A stretch of 64,000 nt of DNA from Dehalococcoidia bacterium (GCA_965247635.1 CBDFHJ010000010.1:261918-325917), one strand, 5' to 3'; positions 18,667-27,660 are shown, numbered from the stretch's first letter. A program made the numbers and translations. Notes: generated by a model from the letters alone, not told the origin.

Positions 18667-18805
18667 GTCCTGCTCCTTCTTTCCGTCCTATTTTAGGAGC
18701 GGGACTCTCTCTTAGCCACCTGTCCGAATTTTGGGGTCCACCTCACTGCGCCGGTCCCATTTCGGGTCAGACCCGACCCGAGAAGGCCCGGGAAAGATTA
18801 TCGCA

Positions 18806-19211
18806 GTCCCAATTAGAAGTAAGCAAAGCAGAGGCCGCCGAGGAACGAAGCGAGCAGACCAGGTCTTTCGTCCGCACAGTGAAGGCGGCTGCCCGACGTA
18901 AGTACACCCCCGAAGAGAAGATCCGAATTGTTCTGGAGGGCTTCCGCCGCGAGGTCACAGTCAACGACCTGTGCCGGCGGGAGGGGATCAAGCCCCACTC
19001 CTACTACTCGTGGACCAAAGAGTTCATGGAGGCGGGCAAGGAGAGGTTGACCCGTGACTCGGTTCGGGACGCCACTCAGCATGAGGTAGGGCAACTCAAG
19101 CGAGAGAACGGGGAACTCAAGGAGCTAGTGGCCGATCTGTCGCTGGAGGCGTACCGTCTCAAAAAAACGGTCATCCCCATGCCCCAGGACGCCACCGGTA
19201 CCAGCGGATGA
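18806..19211 (+). pseudogene. IS-A OrfA with native GTG start destroyed
   Basis: gatGTGtccc in other copies reads gcaGTccc here. The frame stays open upstream to an ATG at 18654 inside antisense IS-B sequence (ORF 18654..19211). Confidence 0.6.
19161..19167 (+). promoter_or_regulatory. A7 slippery run, candidate -1 frameshift site joining IS-A OrfA to OrfB
   Basis: CTC AAA AAA ACG in the orfA frame. The -1 frame is open from here to the orfB ATG at 19208 (..NGHPHAPGRHRYQRM). The orfA stop and orfB start also overlap as ATGA. Confidence 0.5.
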
Positions 19212-20194
19212 GCGCCCCGGAGAAGGCAGAGGTAGTTACCAAAGTATCCTCGTCTCCCCTCCCCAAGCGAAAGGTCCTCAGAGAGCTGGGCATCCCTAAG
19301 AGCACCTACTACCGGTGGCTCAGACGCCAAGACCAACAAGGACTTGAGGACCGACCAGGAGGCGATCAGCCACCATGGAACCGTCTTACTATTCAGGAAG
19401 AACGCTCAGTCCTGTTATCAGCCAGGGAGATGCCAGAGCTGAGCTGCCGTCAGCTGGCCGCGGGGATCACCGACAACCAGGGCTTCTCAGTCTCAGAGTC
19501 CAGCGTCTACCGTATCCTGGGCAGGGAGGGCCTAGTGAAGAGGCCTGAGATGCGGTTGGCCGCGGGGAAGGAGTACCACCTCAAGACCACAGGACCTCAC
19601 CAGATGTGGGCCACCGATGCCTCATACTTCAGGGTGGTTGGGTGGGGCTACTACTACCTGGTCACCGTTATGGACGACTACTCCCGCTTCATCCTGGCTC
19701 ACAGGCTTCAGCAAGATATGACGGCCGACTCCTTCATCGAGGTGGTCCAGGATGCTGTGGACACGACCAGCATGGACCAAGTTCCAGTCACAGACCGCAC
19801 CAGGCTGCTGAGTGACAACGGTCCAGGCTATGTCTCAAGAGCATTCAGGGACTACCTGGGGATGGTTGGCATCAAGCACATCCTAGCAACTCCTTTCCAC
19901 CCTCAGACCAACGGGAAGCTGGAGCGCTACCACCAGACCATCAAACGGGACGTCAACCAGGTGCCTTATGAGTTGCCCGCCGACCTTGAGGCTGCTATCG
20001 CGGCCTTCGTCAGCTACTACAACTACCGGCGCTATCACAAGGCTCTGGGCAACGTGACACCATCAGACGTGCTCAAGGGAAGACGGCAAGAGATCCTACA
20101 ACGCAGGAAGGAGGTGAAGGCTCAAACCACCGAACGGCGACGACGCTACAACAGGGCCCTCAGGGAGCTCGCCAGACCTCCATCCAGCCCCTGA
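19208..20194 (+). CDS. IS-A OrfB transposase, intact
   Basis: 328-aa ORF with the motifs MWATDASYF, LLSDNGPGYVS and HPQTNGKLERYHQTIK. Confidence 0.9.
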   Translation: MSAPEKAEVVTKVSSSPLPKRKVLRELGIPKSTYYRWLRRQDQQGLEDRPGGDQPPWNRLTIQEERSVLLSAREMPELSCRQLAAGITDNQGFSVSESSVYRILGREGLVKRPEMRLAAGKEYHLKTTGPHQMWATDASYFRVVGWGYYYLVTVMDDYSRFILAHRLQQDMTADSFIEVVQDAVDTTSMDQVPVTDRTRLLSDNGPGYVSRAFRDYLGMVGIKHILATPFHPQTNGKLERYHQTIKRDVNQVPYELPADLEAAIAAFVSYYNYRRYHKALGNVTPSDVLKGRRQEILQRRKEVKAQTTERRRRYNRALRELARPPSSP

Positions 20195-20237
20195 TCTCTC
20201 GGCTCCCAATGTGTCCCACTTTTGCTGGTTGCTAACA

Positions 20238-20729
20238 ATTCTATTGGTCGCCATGCGGTCGGTCCGCTACGCAGTCGTCACGCTGATCCCGGTTGGGCTG
20301 GTCGTGGCCTGGCTGTACGGTATCATGTACGCGGCGGGGTTCTCGCTCAACTTCGTCACCGCCACCATCGGCGCGATCTCGATCGGCGTGGGCATCGACT
20401 TCTCCATTCACATGACCGAACGCTTCCGAGAAGAGCTAGCGCGGTCACCAGGCAACACGCAGGCGCTGACGAGGGCGCTGGGTGGCACTGGCATGGCCCT
20501 GATTGCGTCTGCCGGATCGAGCATCGTGGGCTTCCTCATCATGAGCATGGCACCAATGCCACCCTTCGCCGCCTATGGGCTCTTGACGGCCGTGATGATA
20601 CTGTTGGCACTCATGGCCTCGGTCATCGTGCTTCCGTCGCTGCTGATCCTGGTGACTCCGGATTTGAAACCTGAGGCGGCTGCGGAGGTAGTTGGAGAAC
20701 GGCTGCAGAGGCTCAACGACAAAGCATGA
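20238..20729 (+). pseudogene. MMPL/RND-superfamily transporter, C-terminal fragment (5' part removed by IS-A copy 3)
   Basis: The frame starts at the IS end. It reads ..RSVRYAVVTLIPVGLVVAWLYGIMYAAGFSLNFVTATIGAISIGVGIDFSIHM.., typical of the second MMPL transmembrane domain. Confidence 0.7.
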
Positions 20730-20757
20730 GCCATTGCGGAGTGGCATAGCGTGCTGG

Positions 20758-20779
20758 GGGCCCCGTCACGGCGGGGCCC
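20758..20779 (+). terminator. GC-rich hairpin downstream of the MMPL fragment (weak T tract)
   Basis: GGGCCCCG-tcacgg-CGGGGCCC followed by tcgatgttt. Confidence 0.35.
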
Positions 20780-20819
20780 TCGATGTTTCCCTGACGGTCC
20801 GGAGTGGCCCACCAATCAT

Positions 20820-20827
20820 GACCCTTC
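20820..20827. repeat. 8-bp target-site duplication (left) of the IS1-family transposon
   Basis: gacccttc lies immediately outside the left inverted repeat. An identical octamer is at 23771..23778. Confidence 0.85.
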
Positions 20828-20836
20828 GGTAGTGTA

Positions 20837-21691
20837 TCAATTTGAACGGTCAAGTAATCCAAGTAGGTCTTCGATTGTCCAGATTCGATCAGTTAGGCCA
20901 GCGGCCATCGCGGGACTCCGGTGATAGGGGTTCGCAAGGCTCTTGTGAGGTCGGCAGAAGTTGTAGTGTACAAAGTACAGGGCCAGAGCATAAGTGTGAT
21001 TCTCTAGCTTCTTGCTAAAGGCGTTGGTTAGCCGAGTGAACCGCCGCATCGACATTCGCATCGTCAGGTTGTGGCGCTCGACGTAGCTGGTAGAGATGTG
21101 GCCCGCATTTGGATCGCCTTGGATCACTTGGGCCTCAGTGCCCACACACTCGGCAGGACTGTAACGCCGCCTAGCTTCGCGTTCAGGCTCGGTTGAACCG
21201 TACAGCTTGACTAGCATCGCGTAGTCGATATCTGAGCCAAAAGCCCCGTCCACAGCCTCTAGGTATGCCCTGTGTCCGTCCGTCGTAAGCTGGACACGGT
21301 TGCTCAGCCGTGCCGATAAGTCCCTCACGAACGTCCAAGCATCTCGACCGCTCCGACCGCCGACGTGCCAGCACGGAACGAGCTTCGTGTCGGCGTCTAT
21401 GGCCGTCCACGTCCACACGTCGCCGAAACCAAACTCGCCTTGATGTTCAACGGGTACATTCTTGGCCTTGCTGTAAACGAAGCTCCAGATTTCATCGCAC
21501 TGAAGCCGTTTGCACTGTAGGCCGTGCATTACCTCGTCATGGTAGTCCAGACACGCTGAGCCAAGCTCAGTCAGGAGCTTCACGACCGTGTTGACGGCGG
21601 TTCCAGTCATACGAGCCGTGCTACGAATGGAGTTTCCCTCACAAAGTGCATTAACGATCTGGACCTGGCGTTCGCGCTTTAGCCTATTCAT
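20837..21691 (-). CDS. IS1-family transposase (single-ORF type)
   Basis: 284-aa ORF with the motifs [57 protein letters not shown] and [10 protein letters not shown]. Confidence 0.85.
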   Translation of the reverse strand: MNRLKRERQVQIVNALCEGNSIRSTARMTGTAVNTVVKLLTELGSACLDYHDEVMHGLQCKRLQCDEIWSFVYSKAKNVPVEHQGEFGFGDVWTWTAIDADTKLVPCWHVGGRSGRDAWTFVRDLSARLSNRVQLTTDGHRAYLEAVDGAFGSDIDYAMLVKLYGSTEPEREARRRYSPAECVGTEAQVIQGDPNAGHISTSYVERHNLTMRMSMRRFTRLTNAFSKKLENHTYALALYFVHYNFCRPHKSLANPYHRSPAMAAGLTDRIWTIEDLLGLLDRSN

Positions 21692-21744
21692 AATGACTAT
21701 ATTATACTTAACCGATCATGTTTTATCAAGGTACTACTGAAGTC

Positions 21745-21766
21745 AGTTTGCATTTATGCGCAAACT
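21745..21766. promoter_or_regulatory. Palindromic candidate operator in the divergent promoter region
   Basis: AGTTTGC-atttatgc-GCAAACT in the AT-rich 91-bp spacer between the transposase and the HTH gene. It overlaps a TTGCAT -35-like hexamer. Confidence 0.35.
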
Positions 21767-21782
21767 TTAATACTCTTCGCTC

Positions 21783-22928
21783 ATGGAATATACACAATCG
21801 GACCACCGAACGCCAGGGCAACTCTTGGAGGATTTGTTGGAGGAACGAGGTTGGAGCAAGAGAGTATTGGCAGTTGTACTCGGAGTAGACGAGACTGGAG
21901 TCAACCGACTTGTCTCAGACAAGCGCCAGGTCACCGCTGAGATGGCCCTCGCCCTGGAGGAGGTGTTTGAGGTCCCCGCTGAGCGATTCCTCGAACTCCA
22001 GAAGTCTTACGACCTAGCCAAGGCACGGATTTCCGCCAGGCCAGACCCGCGAAGGAACACTCGCGCACAGCTCTTTAGCGGCCTCCCAGTCGGGGAGATG
22101 ATCAAGCGCGGTTGGATTGACGCTTCAGACGTTCGCGATGTCCCCGCTGTCGAGGCAGCTCTTGCGAAGTTCTTCGGCGTTCCGTCGCCGGACGAGATAG
22201 AGATACTGCCCCACGCCGCCAAGAAGACAATGGTGAGTACGGAGGTAACGCCCGTCCAGCTAGCTTGGTTGTATCGAGTCAAAGAGATTGCTAGCGAGAT
22301 GATGGTTGCCCGTTATTCTCGTCGGGCTGTCCGTGCTGCCGTTCCGAAACTCAGCGCCCTGCTCGCAGTTCGCGAGGAAGCTAGGAAGGTCCCGAGGATT
22401 CTGGCCGAGAGCGGTATTCGCTTTGTCATTGTAGAGTCGTTGTCGTCAGCGAAAATAGATGGTGTTTGCTTCTGGCTCGATGACACTTCACCAGTTATCG
22501 GGATGTCTCTGCGATATGACCGAATTGACAACTTTTGGTTTGTCCTCCGCCACGAGCTTGAACATGTCCTACGTCTTGATGGACGATCGGCCATGATTCT
22601 TGATGCTGAACTTGAGGGGGATAGGGCTGGAATAGGTCCCGATCTCTCTGAAGAGGAACGGGCAGCCAACCAAGAGGCTGCGGAATTCTGCGTGCCCCGT
22701 GATCCGCTAGAGAATTTCATGGCTCGTAAGTCCCCATTTTTCGCCGAGCGGGACATCTTGGGTTTTGCCCGCACCATGAATATCCATCCGGGACTGATCG
22801 CCGGCCAGCTCCAGCATAATACCAACAGGTATGACAGATGGCGCAAGCACTTGGCGAAGATCAGGTCTGTGGTAACACCGAGTGCGATGGTAGACGGCTG
22901 GGGCGATGTCGCTCCAGTCGGACTCTAA
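21783..22928 (+). CDS. HigA/XRE-type HTH fused to an ImmA/IrrE (M78) zinc metallopeptidase domain
   Basis: 381-aa ORF. The N-terminus (WSKRVLAVVLGVDETGVNRLVSDKRQVTAEMALALEEVFEVPAERFLELQKSYDL) is HigA-like. HELEHV (an HExxH motif) lies in the C-terminal half. Confidence 0.75.
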   Translation: MEYTQSDHRTPGQLLEDLLEERGWSKRVLAVVLGVDETGVNRLVSDKRQVTAEMALALEEVFEVPAERFLELQKSYDLAKARISARPDPRRNTRAQLFSGLPVGEMIKRGWIDASDVRDVPAVEAALAKFFGVPSPDEIEILPHAAKKTMVSTEVTPVQLAWLYRVKEIASEMMVARYSRRAVRAAVPKLSALLAVREEARKVPRILAESGIRFVIVESLSSAKIDGVCFWLDDTSPVIGMSLRYDRIDNFWFVLRHELEHVLRLDGRSAMILDAELEGDRAGIGPDLSEEERAANQEAAEFCVPRDPLENFMARKSPFFAERDILGFARTMNIHPGLIAGQLQHNTNRYDRWRKHLAKIRSVVTPSAMVDGWGDVAPVGL

Positions 22929-22943
22929 ATCAAGGAGGTTACA

Positions 22944-23435
22944 GTGGCAACGAAGAATCAGGAGAGGCAGCGCCTAATCCGGCTCTACAAGCAGGAGACG
23001 GGTGAGACAGAAGTAGACATGCACCAGGTTGCATCGTTTGCAACACGAGTGGGGTGGCCGCTTCCAAGGCCCACCAACCCCCTTGACCTTCTCGCTTCAC
23101 AGTTCTCCCAGGCTGCTAGGGAGGAAACCAAACGTGACGAACAGACTGGCAGACCATATCGCGTGAACCATGCGGTTCCCACGATGCAAACGGGGAGACA
23201 GCTATCCTACCTTTGGGTCGATATCGACGAGGCACCCCGTGGCCCAATGGTCAAGTCACTGATCGGCAGGCGTGAGCAAATGGTTGGCGACGCCTTGCAG
23301 TTGGACCTCGACGCCGAACATTGGAACAACATTCATCCTGAGGAACAACCGATCCAGCTTCCCTTGGATTTCACAGATGATGTTGAATGGAGAAAGAACG
23401 CGCCCGATGAGGAGGCTAGCGAGAAGGCTAGCTAG
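22944..23435 (+). CDS. Hypothetical 163-aa protein (passenger gene)
   Basis: GTG start 8 nt after an AAGGAGG SD and 16 nt after the upstream stop. No motif recognised. Confidence 0.55.
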   Translation: MATKNQERQRLIRLYKQETGETEVDMHQVASFATRVGWPLPRPTNPLDLLASQFSQAAREETKRDEQTGRPYRVNHAVPTMQTGRQLSYLWVDIDEAPRGPMVKSLIGRREQMVGDALQLDLDAEHWNNIHPEEQPIQLPLDFTDDVEWRKNAPDEEASEKAS

Positions 23436-23715
23436 GTGAACTTCCCCACCTGGCTGCCGCCGCCTTCCGAGCAATCTCGCTACGCCGTTCCGGTGTGAGC
23501 TTTGCGGCCCTAGCTTTGCCACCCTTCTTCCCGCCCAGGCGGCCTAGAGCGACGGCGGCGGGGTCCTTTCCCTGCAGGTCTTCCTGTTGATCGACTTCCT
23601 CTCCAGCCCTCTCGGGTTGGGGAGGAACATCTTGGTCAGTGGCTTCTTGCACAACGCGGAACGCAGTCACCGCGAAGTCGTGGTCGTCCTTCTTCTTGCT
23701 TGAGCGCTTAGCCAT
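23428..23715 (-). CDS. Small basic protein with KGGKARAAKLTPERRSEIARKAAAARW tail
   Basis: 95-aa ORF. The C-terminal motif is common in small phage- and plasmid-associated proteins. Confidence 0.5.
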   Translation of the reverse strand: MAKRSSKKKDDHDFAVTAFRVVQEATDQDVPPQPERAGEEVDQQEDLQGKDPAAVALGRLGGKKGGKARAAKLTPERRSEIARKAAAARWGSSPS

Positions 23716-23770
23716 ACTCCAAGGCTAGCACTGTCACCCCATCCCGTCAAATTCAAATTGATACACTACC

Positions 23771-23778
23771 GACCCTTC
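23771..23778. repeat. 8-bp target-site duplication (right) of the IS1-family transposon
   Basis: gacccttc, identical to 20820..20827. Confidence 0.85.
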
Positions 23779-24072
23779 GTAGCGCTCGTGGTGAAATACT
23801 GCCGGAGGTGGACTCTCTGGCGAAAGCGTCCCTGGCTTGCTGCGGGATGCCCGTCGACTAGCCCACATCAAGTCCGGGATCAATCCCAATAATTACACCT
23901 GCTGCCTAAAACCCTAGAAGTGTGCGGACCACCCTAGTCCTGTCAAACAAGCTAAAGCTTATTCCGGGAAGACAACGAGAAGAGATCAACTTCACGGTGA
24001 ACAAGCCTTGGCTATTTCAGTTCAGGTCGCAACGGGCTTAACGAGCTCCTGGGCACATCGCCCGTACGGCCC

Positions 24073-24243
24073 CTAGTCGGCTGCAGCGGCGGGCGCGGAC
24101 TCCCGCTCTCCCTCCGCCGAGATCCTTGGCAGCCACCGGAGCCATGACGGCAACCACCAGTTCCAGTCGCCCAGCAGTTTCATGCTGGCTGGCAATAGCA
24201 CAGCCCGAATAATGGTGGCGTTCTGGATAGCGGCGGTGCTCAT
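24073..24243 (-). pseudogene. MMPL-family transporter, extreme C-terminal remnant (56 codons)
   Basis: The minus frame reads MSTAAIQNATIIRAVLLPASMKLLGDWNWWLPSWLRWLPR.., the conserved MMPL tail. It is preceded by two in-frame stops, so no upstream body is left. Confidence 0.6.
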
Positions 24244-24310
24244 TCATCAGGGCACCGAAAAGCACCCACGATGGGCTTTTGTTCCAACCTGTGGCCTGAC
24301 TTACGATCCA

Positions 24311-24700
24311 TCAGACAACCTTGGAGAACACGTACACCTCGATTCCATTGGGGTCAACCAGCCGAAAGCTACGATGTCCCCATTCCTGGTCCGTCAACTC
24401 CTCCTTGATAGGAAGCCCCTTGTCCAGAACACGCCCGTACCAGGCGTCTACGTTATCAGTCTCGATAACTATCCAGGCACCTTGCGGCTGCCGGTAGTCC
24501 CACACCAAGTCGGGCGCTTGCTGCCGCGGTAGCTTTAGCACCTCGATCAGCCCAGATGCGGCACGGAATAGGGTCCCTTGGTCATCTGGCCCGTGGTCCC
24601 AGGACTCTACGACAGGCAGCTCCAACCCGTCCCGGTAGTAGGCCGTAGTGCTATCGTAGTCGCTAGCGTGAAAAGCGAAACGAAACTCACCACTCACCAT
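24311..24700 (-). CDS. VOC (glyoxalase/bleomycin-resistance) family protein
   Basis: 129 aa from the internal ATG at 24700 (MVSGEFRFAFHASDYDSTTAYYRDGLELPV..HRSFRLVDPNGIEVYVF). The longer ORF up to 24934 looks like a non-coding extension. Confidence 0.7.
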   Translation of the reverse strand: MVSGEFRFAFHASDYDSTTAYYRDGLELPVVESWDHGPDDQGTLFRAASGLIEVLKLPRQQAPDLVWDYRQPQGAWIVIETDNVDAWYGRVLDKGLPIKEELTDQEWGHRSFRLVDPNGIEVYVFSKVV

Positions 24701-24892
24701 GGTTGCGTTGCTCCTTAGGACGGTGTGGCTTTCAACATCTACTGACTCTACGCCACTAAGCAACACCCGTCTCGGAGCAGCCTTCTTTGTGATCCGTGCC
24801 CACGGCGCACCCGAACGGCTTGTCAAAGGCCCTCCCAAGGCCCAAACTCGGAGAGTAAGTCCAGCCTGGCCTGACAAGCCTGGGAGACCTCC

Positions 24893-24985
24893 ATGCGCTG
24901 TCTGATCTGCGGCCACGCCATGGTATCCATCCACTGCAAGCTGCTATGCCACAACTGCGGCTACACCATCGACTGTAGTGACTGA
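24893..24985 (+). CDS. 30-aa cysteine-rich micro-ORF (zinc-ribbon-like)
   Basis: MRCLICGHAMVSIHCKLLCHNCGYTIDCSD, with a GGGAGA SD 5 nt upstream. It is below the ORF-track size cutoff. Confidence 0.3.
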   Translation: MRCLICGHAMVSIHCKLLCHNCGYTIDCSD

Positions 24986-25011
24986 GCGGCGACCTCTATG
25001 AACAGTACGAT

Positions 25012-25920
25012 ATGAAGGTGCTTGTCACCGGGGCTACCGGGTTCATCGGCCGCGCCTTGTGCCAACGGCTGCGGGACGCCGGTCACGGCGTGGTAGCGCT
25101 CTCGCGCGACCCCGCCGCGGCCCAACGCCGCCTGCCGGAGCTAGACCAAGCCTTCCCGTGGTCGCCGCTCACCTCCGAGCCATCGCCCGAGGCGTTCGCG
25201 GGTGTCGAGGCGGTGGTACACCTGGCCGGCGAACGCATCCACGGCCGCTGGACCGCTGCGAAAAAACGAGCGATTCTCGACAGCCGCGTCCTCGGCACCC
25301 GAAACCTGGTGGCGGGTATCGGACGGCTGGAGAACAGGCCCGCGGTGCTGGTTTCCACCAGTGCAATCGGCTGGTACGGCGACCGGGGCGACGACCCGTT
25401 GACCGAAGAGGAGCCCGCAGGCCTCGACTTCCTGGCTGGCGTCTGCCGGCAGTGGGAGGCGGAGGCCACCCGCGCCGAGGACGTGGGCGTTCGCGTGGTT
25501 CGGCTGCGCAACGGGTTCGTGCTCGGCCGGGGCGGTGGGTTCCTCGTCCCGCAGCTCCCCCTTTACCGGCTGGGGCTGGGCGGCCCCCTGGGGTCGGGCC
25601 GGCAGTGGTGGTCGTGGATACACGTCGCCGACATCACCCGCCTGATTATTGCGCTCCTGGAGCAGCCGGTCAGCGGAGCGGTCAACGCCGCAGCGCCGAC
25701 ACCGGTGCGCCAGCGGGAGTTCGCCGCTACCCTGGGCCGCGTGCTCAGGCGTCCGGCGTTCCTCCCCGCGCCACGCCTCGCGCTGCGGCTGGTGCTGGGA
25801 GAGTTCTCGGGAGAGGTGTTGACGAGTAGACGGGTCCTGCCGCACCGGGCCCAGGAGCTGGGGTTCCGTTTCGACTTTCCCGAGCTGGAGCCCGCCATGC
25901 GGGACGCGCTCGGGCGATAG
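25012..25920 (+). CDS. TIGR01777/YfcH-type NAD-dependent epimerase-like protein (DUF1731 C-terminus)
   Basis: 302-aa ORF with VLVTGATGFIGRAL Rossmann motif. The overall pattern is that of the SDR-like YfcH family. Confidence 0.75.
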   Translation: MKVLVTGATGFIGRALCQRLRDAGHGVVALSRDPAAAQRRLPELDQAFPWSPLTSEPSPEAFAGVEAVVHLAGERIHGRWTAAKKRAILDSRVLGTRNLVAGIGRLENRPAVLVSTSAIGWYGDRGDDPLTEEEPAGLDFLAGVCRQWEAEATRAEDVGVRVVRLRNGFVLGRGGGFLVPQLPLYRLGLGGPLGSGRQWWSWIHVADITRLIIALLEQPVSGAVNAAAPTPVRQREFAATLGRVLRRPAFLPAPRLALRLVLGEFSGEVLTSRRVLPHRAQELGFRFDFPELEPAMRDALGR

Positions 25921-26004
25921 ACGCAAGGCACGGTGGGGACCGCAAGACAACAGCCTGGGGAATGCTACAATCCTCCCCACAACGCTAGCACGGAGCGAGG
26001 AGCG

Positions 26005-26487
26005 ATGCTTCGAAAACTACTGGTCCCGTTGGACGGTTCGCGCCTGAGCGCCAAGGCCATACCAGTGGCCCTAGAGCTGGGCCGCGGCTTGGGTGCGGAG
26101 GTGGTCGTGCTGCGCGTGGTGCAGCCCAAGAGCATCGCGGGTGGGCTGGCGTTCAGTGGGGAGCCTATGACGGACATCGCCTACCCAGAAACGGTGCAGA
26201 TGGTGGCGGAGCAGGCCGCGCTGGAGGACCGAAGAAACCTTCAGACGGCCGGGCGATACCTGGACCGGTACGTCAGAATGCTGCGTCAGGAAGGGGTGGG
26301 CGCGGCCAAACAGGTGGTGCTGGGAGAGCCCACACCAGCCATTCTGGACGTTTGCCGAAGGGAAGGGGTAGACCTCGTGGTGATGACGACCCGAAGCCGG
26401 GGCAGGTTTCGTCGAGCGCTCCTCGGCAGCGTTGCCGACCACGTGATGCGGTCGTCCCGAGTGCCGGTCCTGGTCGTTCGACCATAA
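26005..26487 (+). CDS. Universal stress protein (UspA family)
   Basis: Starts at the ATG at 26005 after GGAGCGAGGAG. Contains MLRKLLVPLDGS.. and a C-terminal GSVADHVMRSSRVPVLVV motif. Confidence 0.8.
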   Translation: MLRKLLVPLDGSRLSAKAIPVALELGRGLGAEVVVLRVVQPKSIAGGLAFSGEPMTDIAYPETVQMVAEQAALEDRRNLQTAGRYLDRYVRMLRQEGVGAAKQVVLGEPTPAILDVCRREGVDLVVMTTRSRGRFRRALLGSVADHVMRSSRVPVLVVRP

Positions 26488-26516
26488 CGCATCTCATAAT
26501 GCGAAGGGCATGTCCA

Positions 26517-26592
26517 GGGCGGATAGCTCAGTGGTGAGAGCACCTGCTTTACACGCAGGGGGTCGCAGGTTCGAGTCCTGCTCCGCCCACCA
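26517..26592 (+). tRNA. tRNA-Val: tRNA-Val (anticodon TAC), CCA encoded
   Basis: Cloverleaf folded by hand: acceptor GGGCGGA/TCCGCCC, D arm GCTC..GAGC, anticodon stem CCTGC/GCAGG with loop TTTACAC, T arm GCAGG-TTCGAGT-CCTGC, then discriminator A and CCA. Confidence 0.9.
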
Positions 26593-26710
26593 AACTGGAC
26601 AAAATCAAGAACTTTCACCTTAAGGTTCAAGTTGGCGCTATAGCTAAGCACTCACAAGGGACCAAGATTTGCCACGACACAACAAAATGCGCGTTAGCGG
26701 CCCGCAGAGG

Positions 26711-27316
26711 CTACCGATCGTGAGTTAATGGTACTCCTCCCGAAGCGGCGGTGAGTTCCAGAGGGAACTCGGTCTTGATAACCTGTCGCGCTCGGTCGAT
26801 CCCCTGTGCCTTGTCAAGCTGCTCAGTGGTCTCTACGCCCACTCGCATTCCTGAGAAATCCGGGAGTGGTCCCGCCTCAACGACGTTCACCCCTGTCCCG
26901 GCGAGATCAAGTTCGACAAGTCGCCTTGCCTCTCCCTGCAGCTCGCTGAGTGAATAGCGTCGATCAACGACTCGGACTGGGACGCTAGCTCGCAAAGCCT
27001 GGACAAGCGCGGCCATCGTGGGAGGGACTTGCCCTTTCCAGTAGAGGACCACTTCCCTTCTGGCGTTGTCGAGCCTTATCCCTGTGAAGCCTTGAAGTTC
27101 TGCTGTCTGCCAAAGCTCGTGGATCTGACTCGCCGCATCCGCCAGAGGCATCTGCGCAGCGATTCGAGGGTCTATCTCTCGAACGGAGTCGGCCTCCTCA
27201 TATACTGTCGGCGTGTTGCCGTCGTTGCTTCGGACGCTTAAGACCCCCGCAATGGCGATTGACGCCAACACAGCTACAAGAATAGCCACATATATAGGTA
27301 TAGGTTTCCGATGCAT
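26711..27316 (-). CDS. Membrane-anchored secreted protein, protease-prodomain-like pattern
   Basis: 201-aa ORF with N-terminal anchor IPIYVAILVAVLASIAIAGVL. No family recognised with certainty. Confidence 0.55.
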   Translation of the reverse strand: MHRKPIPIYVAILVAVLASIAIAGVLSVRSNDGNTPTVYEEADSVREIDPRIAAQMPLADAASQIHELWQTAELQGFTGIRLDNARREVVLYWKGQVPPTMAALVQALRASVPVRVVDRRYSLSELQGEARRLVELDLAGTGVNVVEAGPLPDFSGMRVGVETTEQLDKAQGIDRARQVIKTEFPLELTAASGGVPLTHDR

Positions 27317-27318
27317 GG

Positions 27319-27660
27319 TCAGGTGTTCCGCATCTGGTAAGGGACCCCAAAGAAGTACTTCCCGTCTCCCAATATCAGCTTTATGGCTTCCCGATCCCTC
27401 GCCGTCGCATACAGGATTTGGATGTCGGCCCTTCCGGGGCAGCTGAGCGTATTGATGTCCAGAACCGTGAATCCGGGGTTGATAGACTCTATCTGACGGA
27501 CGACTTCCTGGTGCTGGTCAATGACTCGCCGAACTTCGTCAGGGGTGGGCCATTGGTCGCACGGCACGCGGTGGGGCTTCGATCCGGACACAGTCTCCAT
27601 GAGCAAGTCACGGCCATAGTAGGTTCTTGCTTCCACGACTGTCAGGACGAGAATACCCAA
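27319..27660 (-). CDS. Hypothetical protein (TTG start; start uncertain)
   Basis: 113-aa ORF immediately upstream of 26711..27316. The frame is open about 20 more codons upstream (..FFKLRRLRYVFGLALLGILVL) but has no ATG or GTG there. Confidence 0.45.
   Translation of the reverse strand: MGILVLTVVEARTYYGRDLLMETVSGSKPHRVPCDQWPTPDEVRRVIDQHQEVVRQIESINPGFTVLDINTLSCPGRADIQILYATARDREAIKLILGDGKYFFGVPYQMRNT

Larger units (their letters stand above)
17431..18748 (-). mobile_element. IS3-family element IS-B, full copy (ends +/- 3 bp)
   Basis: Terminal repeats tcaagtggaccccatcat and (reverse complement) tgaggtggaccccaaaat, with intact orfA and orfB. Confidence 0.8.
18806..20237 (+). mobile_element. IS-A copy 3, lacking the left ~115 bp (no left terminal repeat)
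   Basis: Identity to other copies begins at gtcccaattagaag (18806). The right end ttgctaaca is at 20237. Confidence 0.85.
20828..23770. mobile_element. IS1-family transposon carrying three passenger genes (2943 bp)
   Basis: Perfect 19-bp terminal inverted repeats ggtagtgtatcaatttgaa (20828..20846) and ttcaaattgatacactacc (23752..23770), flanked by the 8-bp direct repeat gacccttc. Confidence 0.85.

Noticed and set aside
21692-21782. Possible internal inverted repeat that would make the IS1 element a normal 0.9-kb IS.
   Set aside because: The best candidate (ttatcaaggtactact) matches the 19-bp terminal repeat poorly. The perfect outer repeats plus the 8-bp duplication favour the 2.9-kb unit.
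24701-24934. N-terminal 78-codon extension of the VOC gene.
   Set aside because: The extension is Gly/Ala/Arg-rich and has no homology-like pattern. VOC domains are about 120-130 aa, and the internal ATG at 24700 gives that size.
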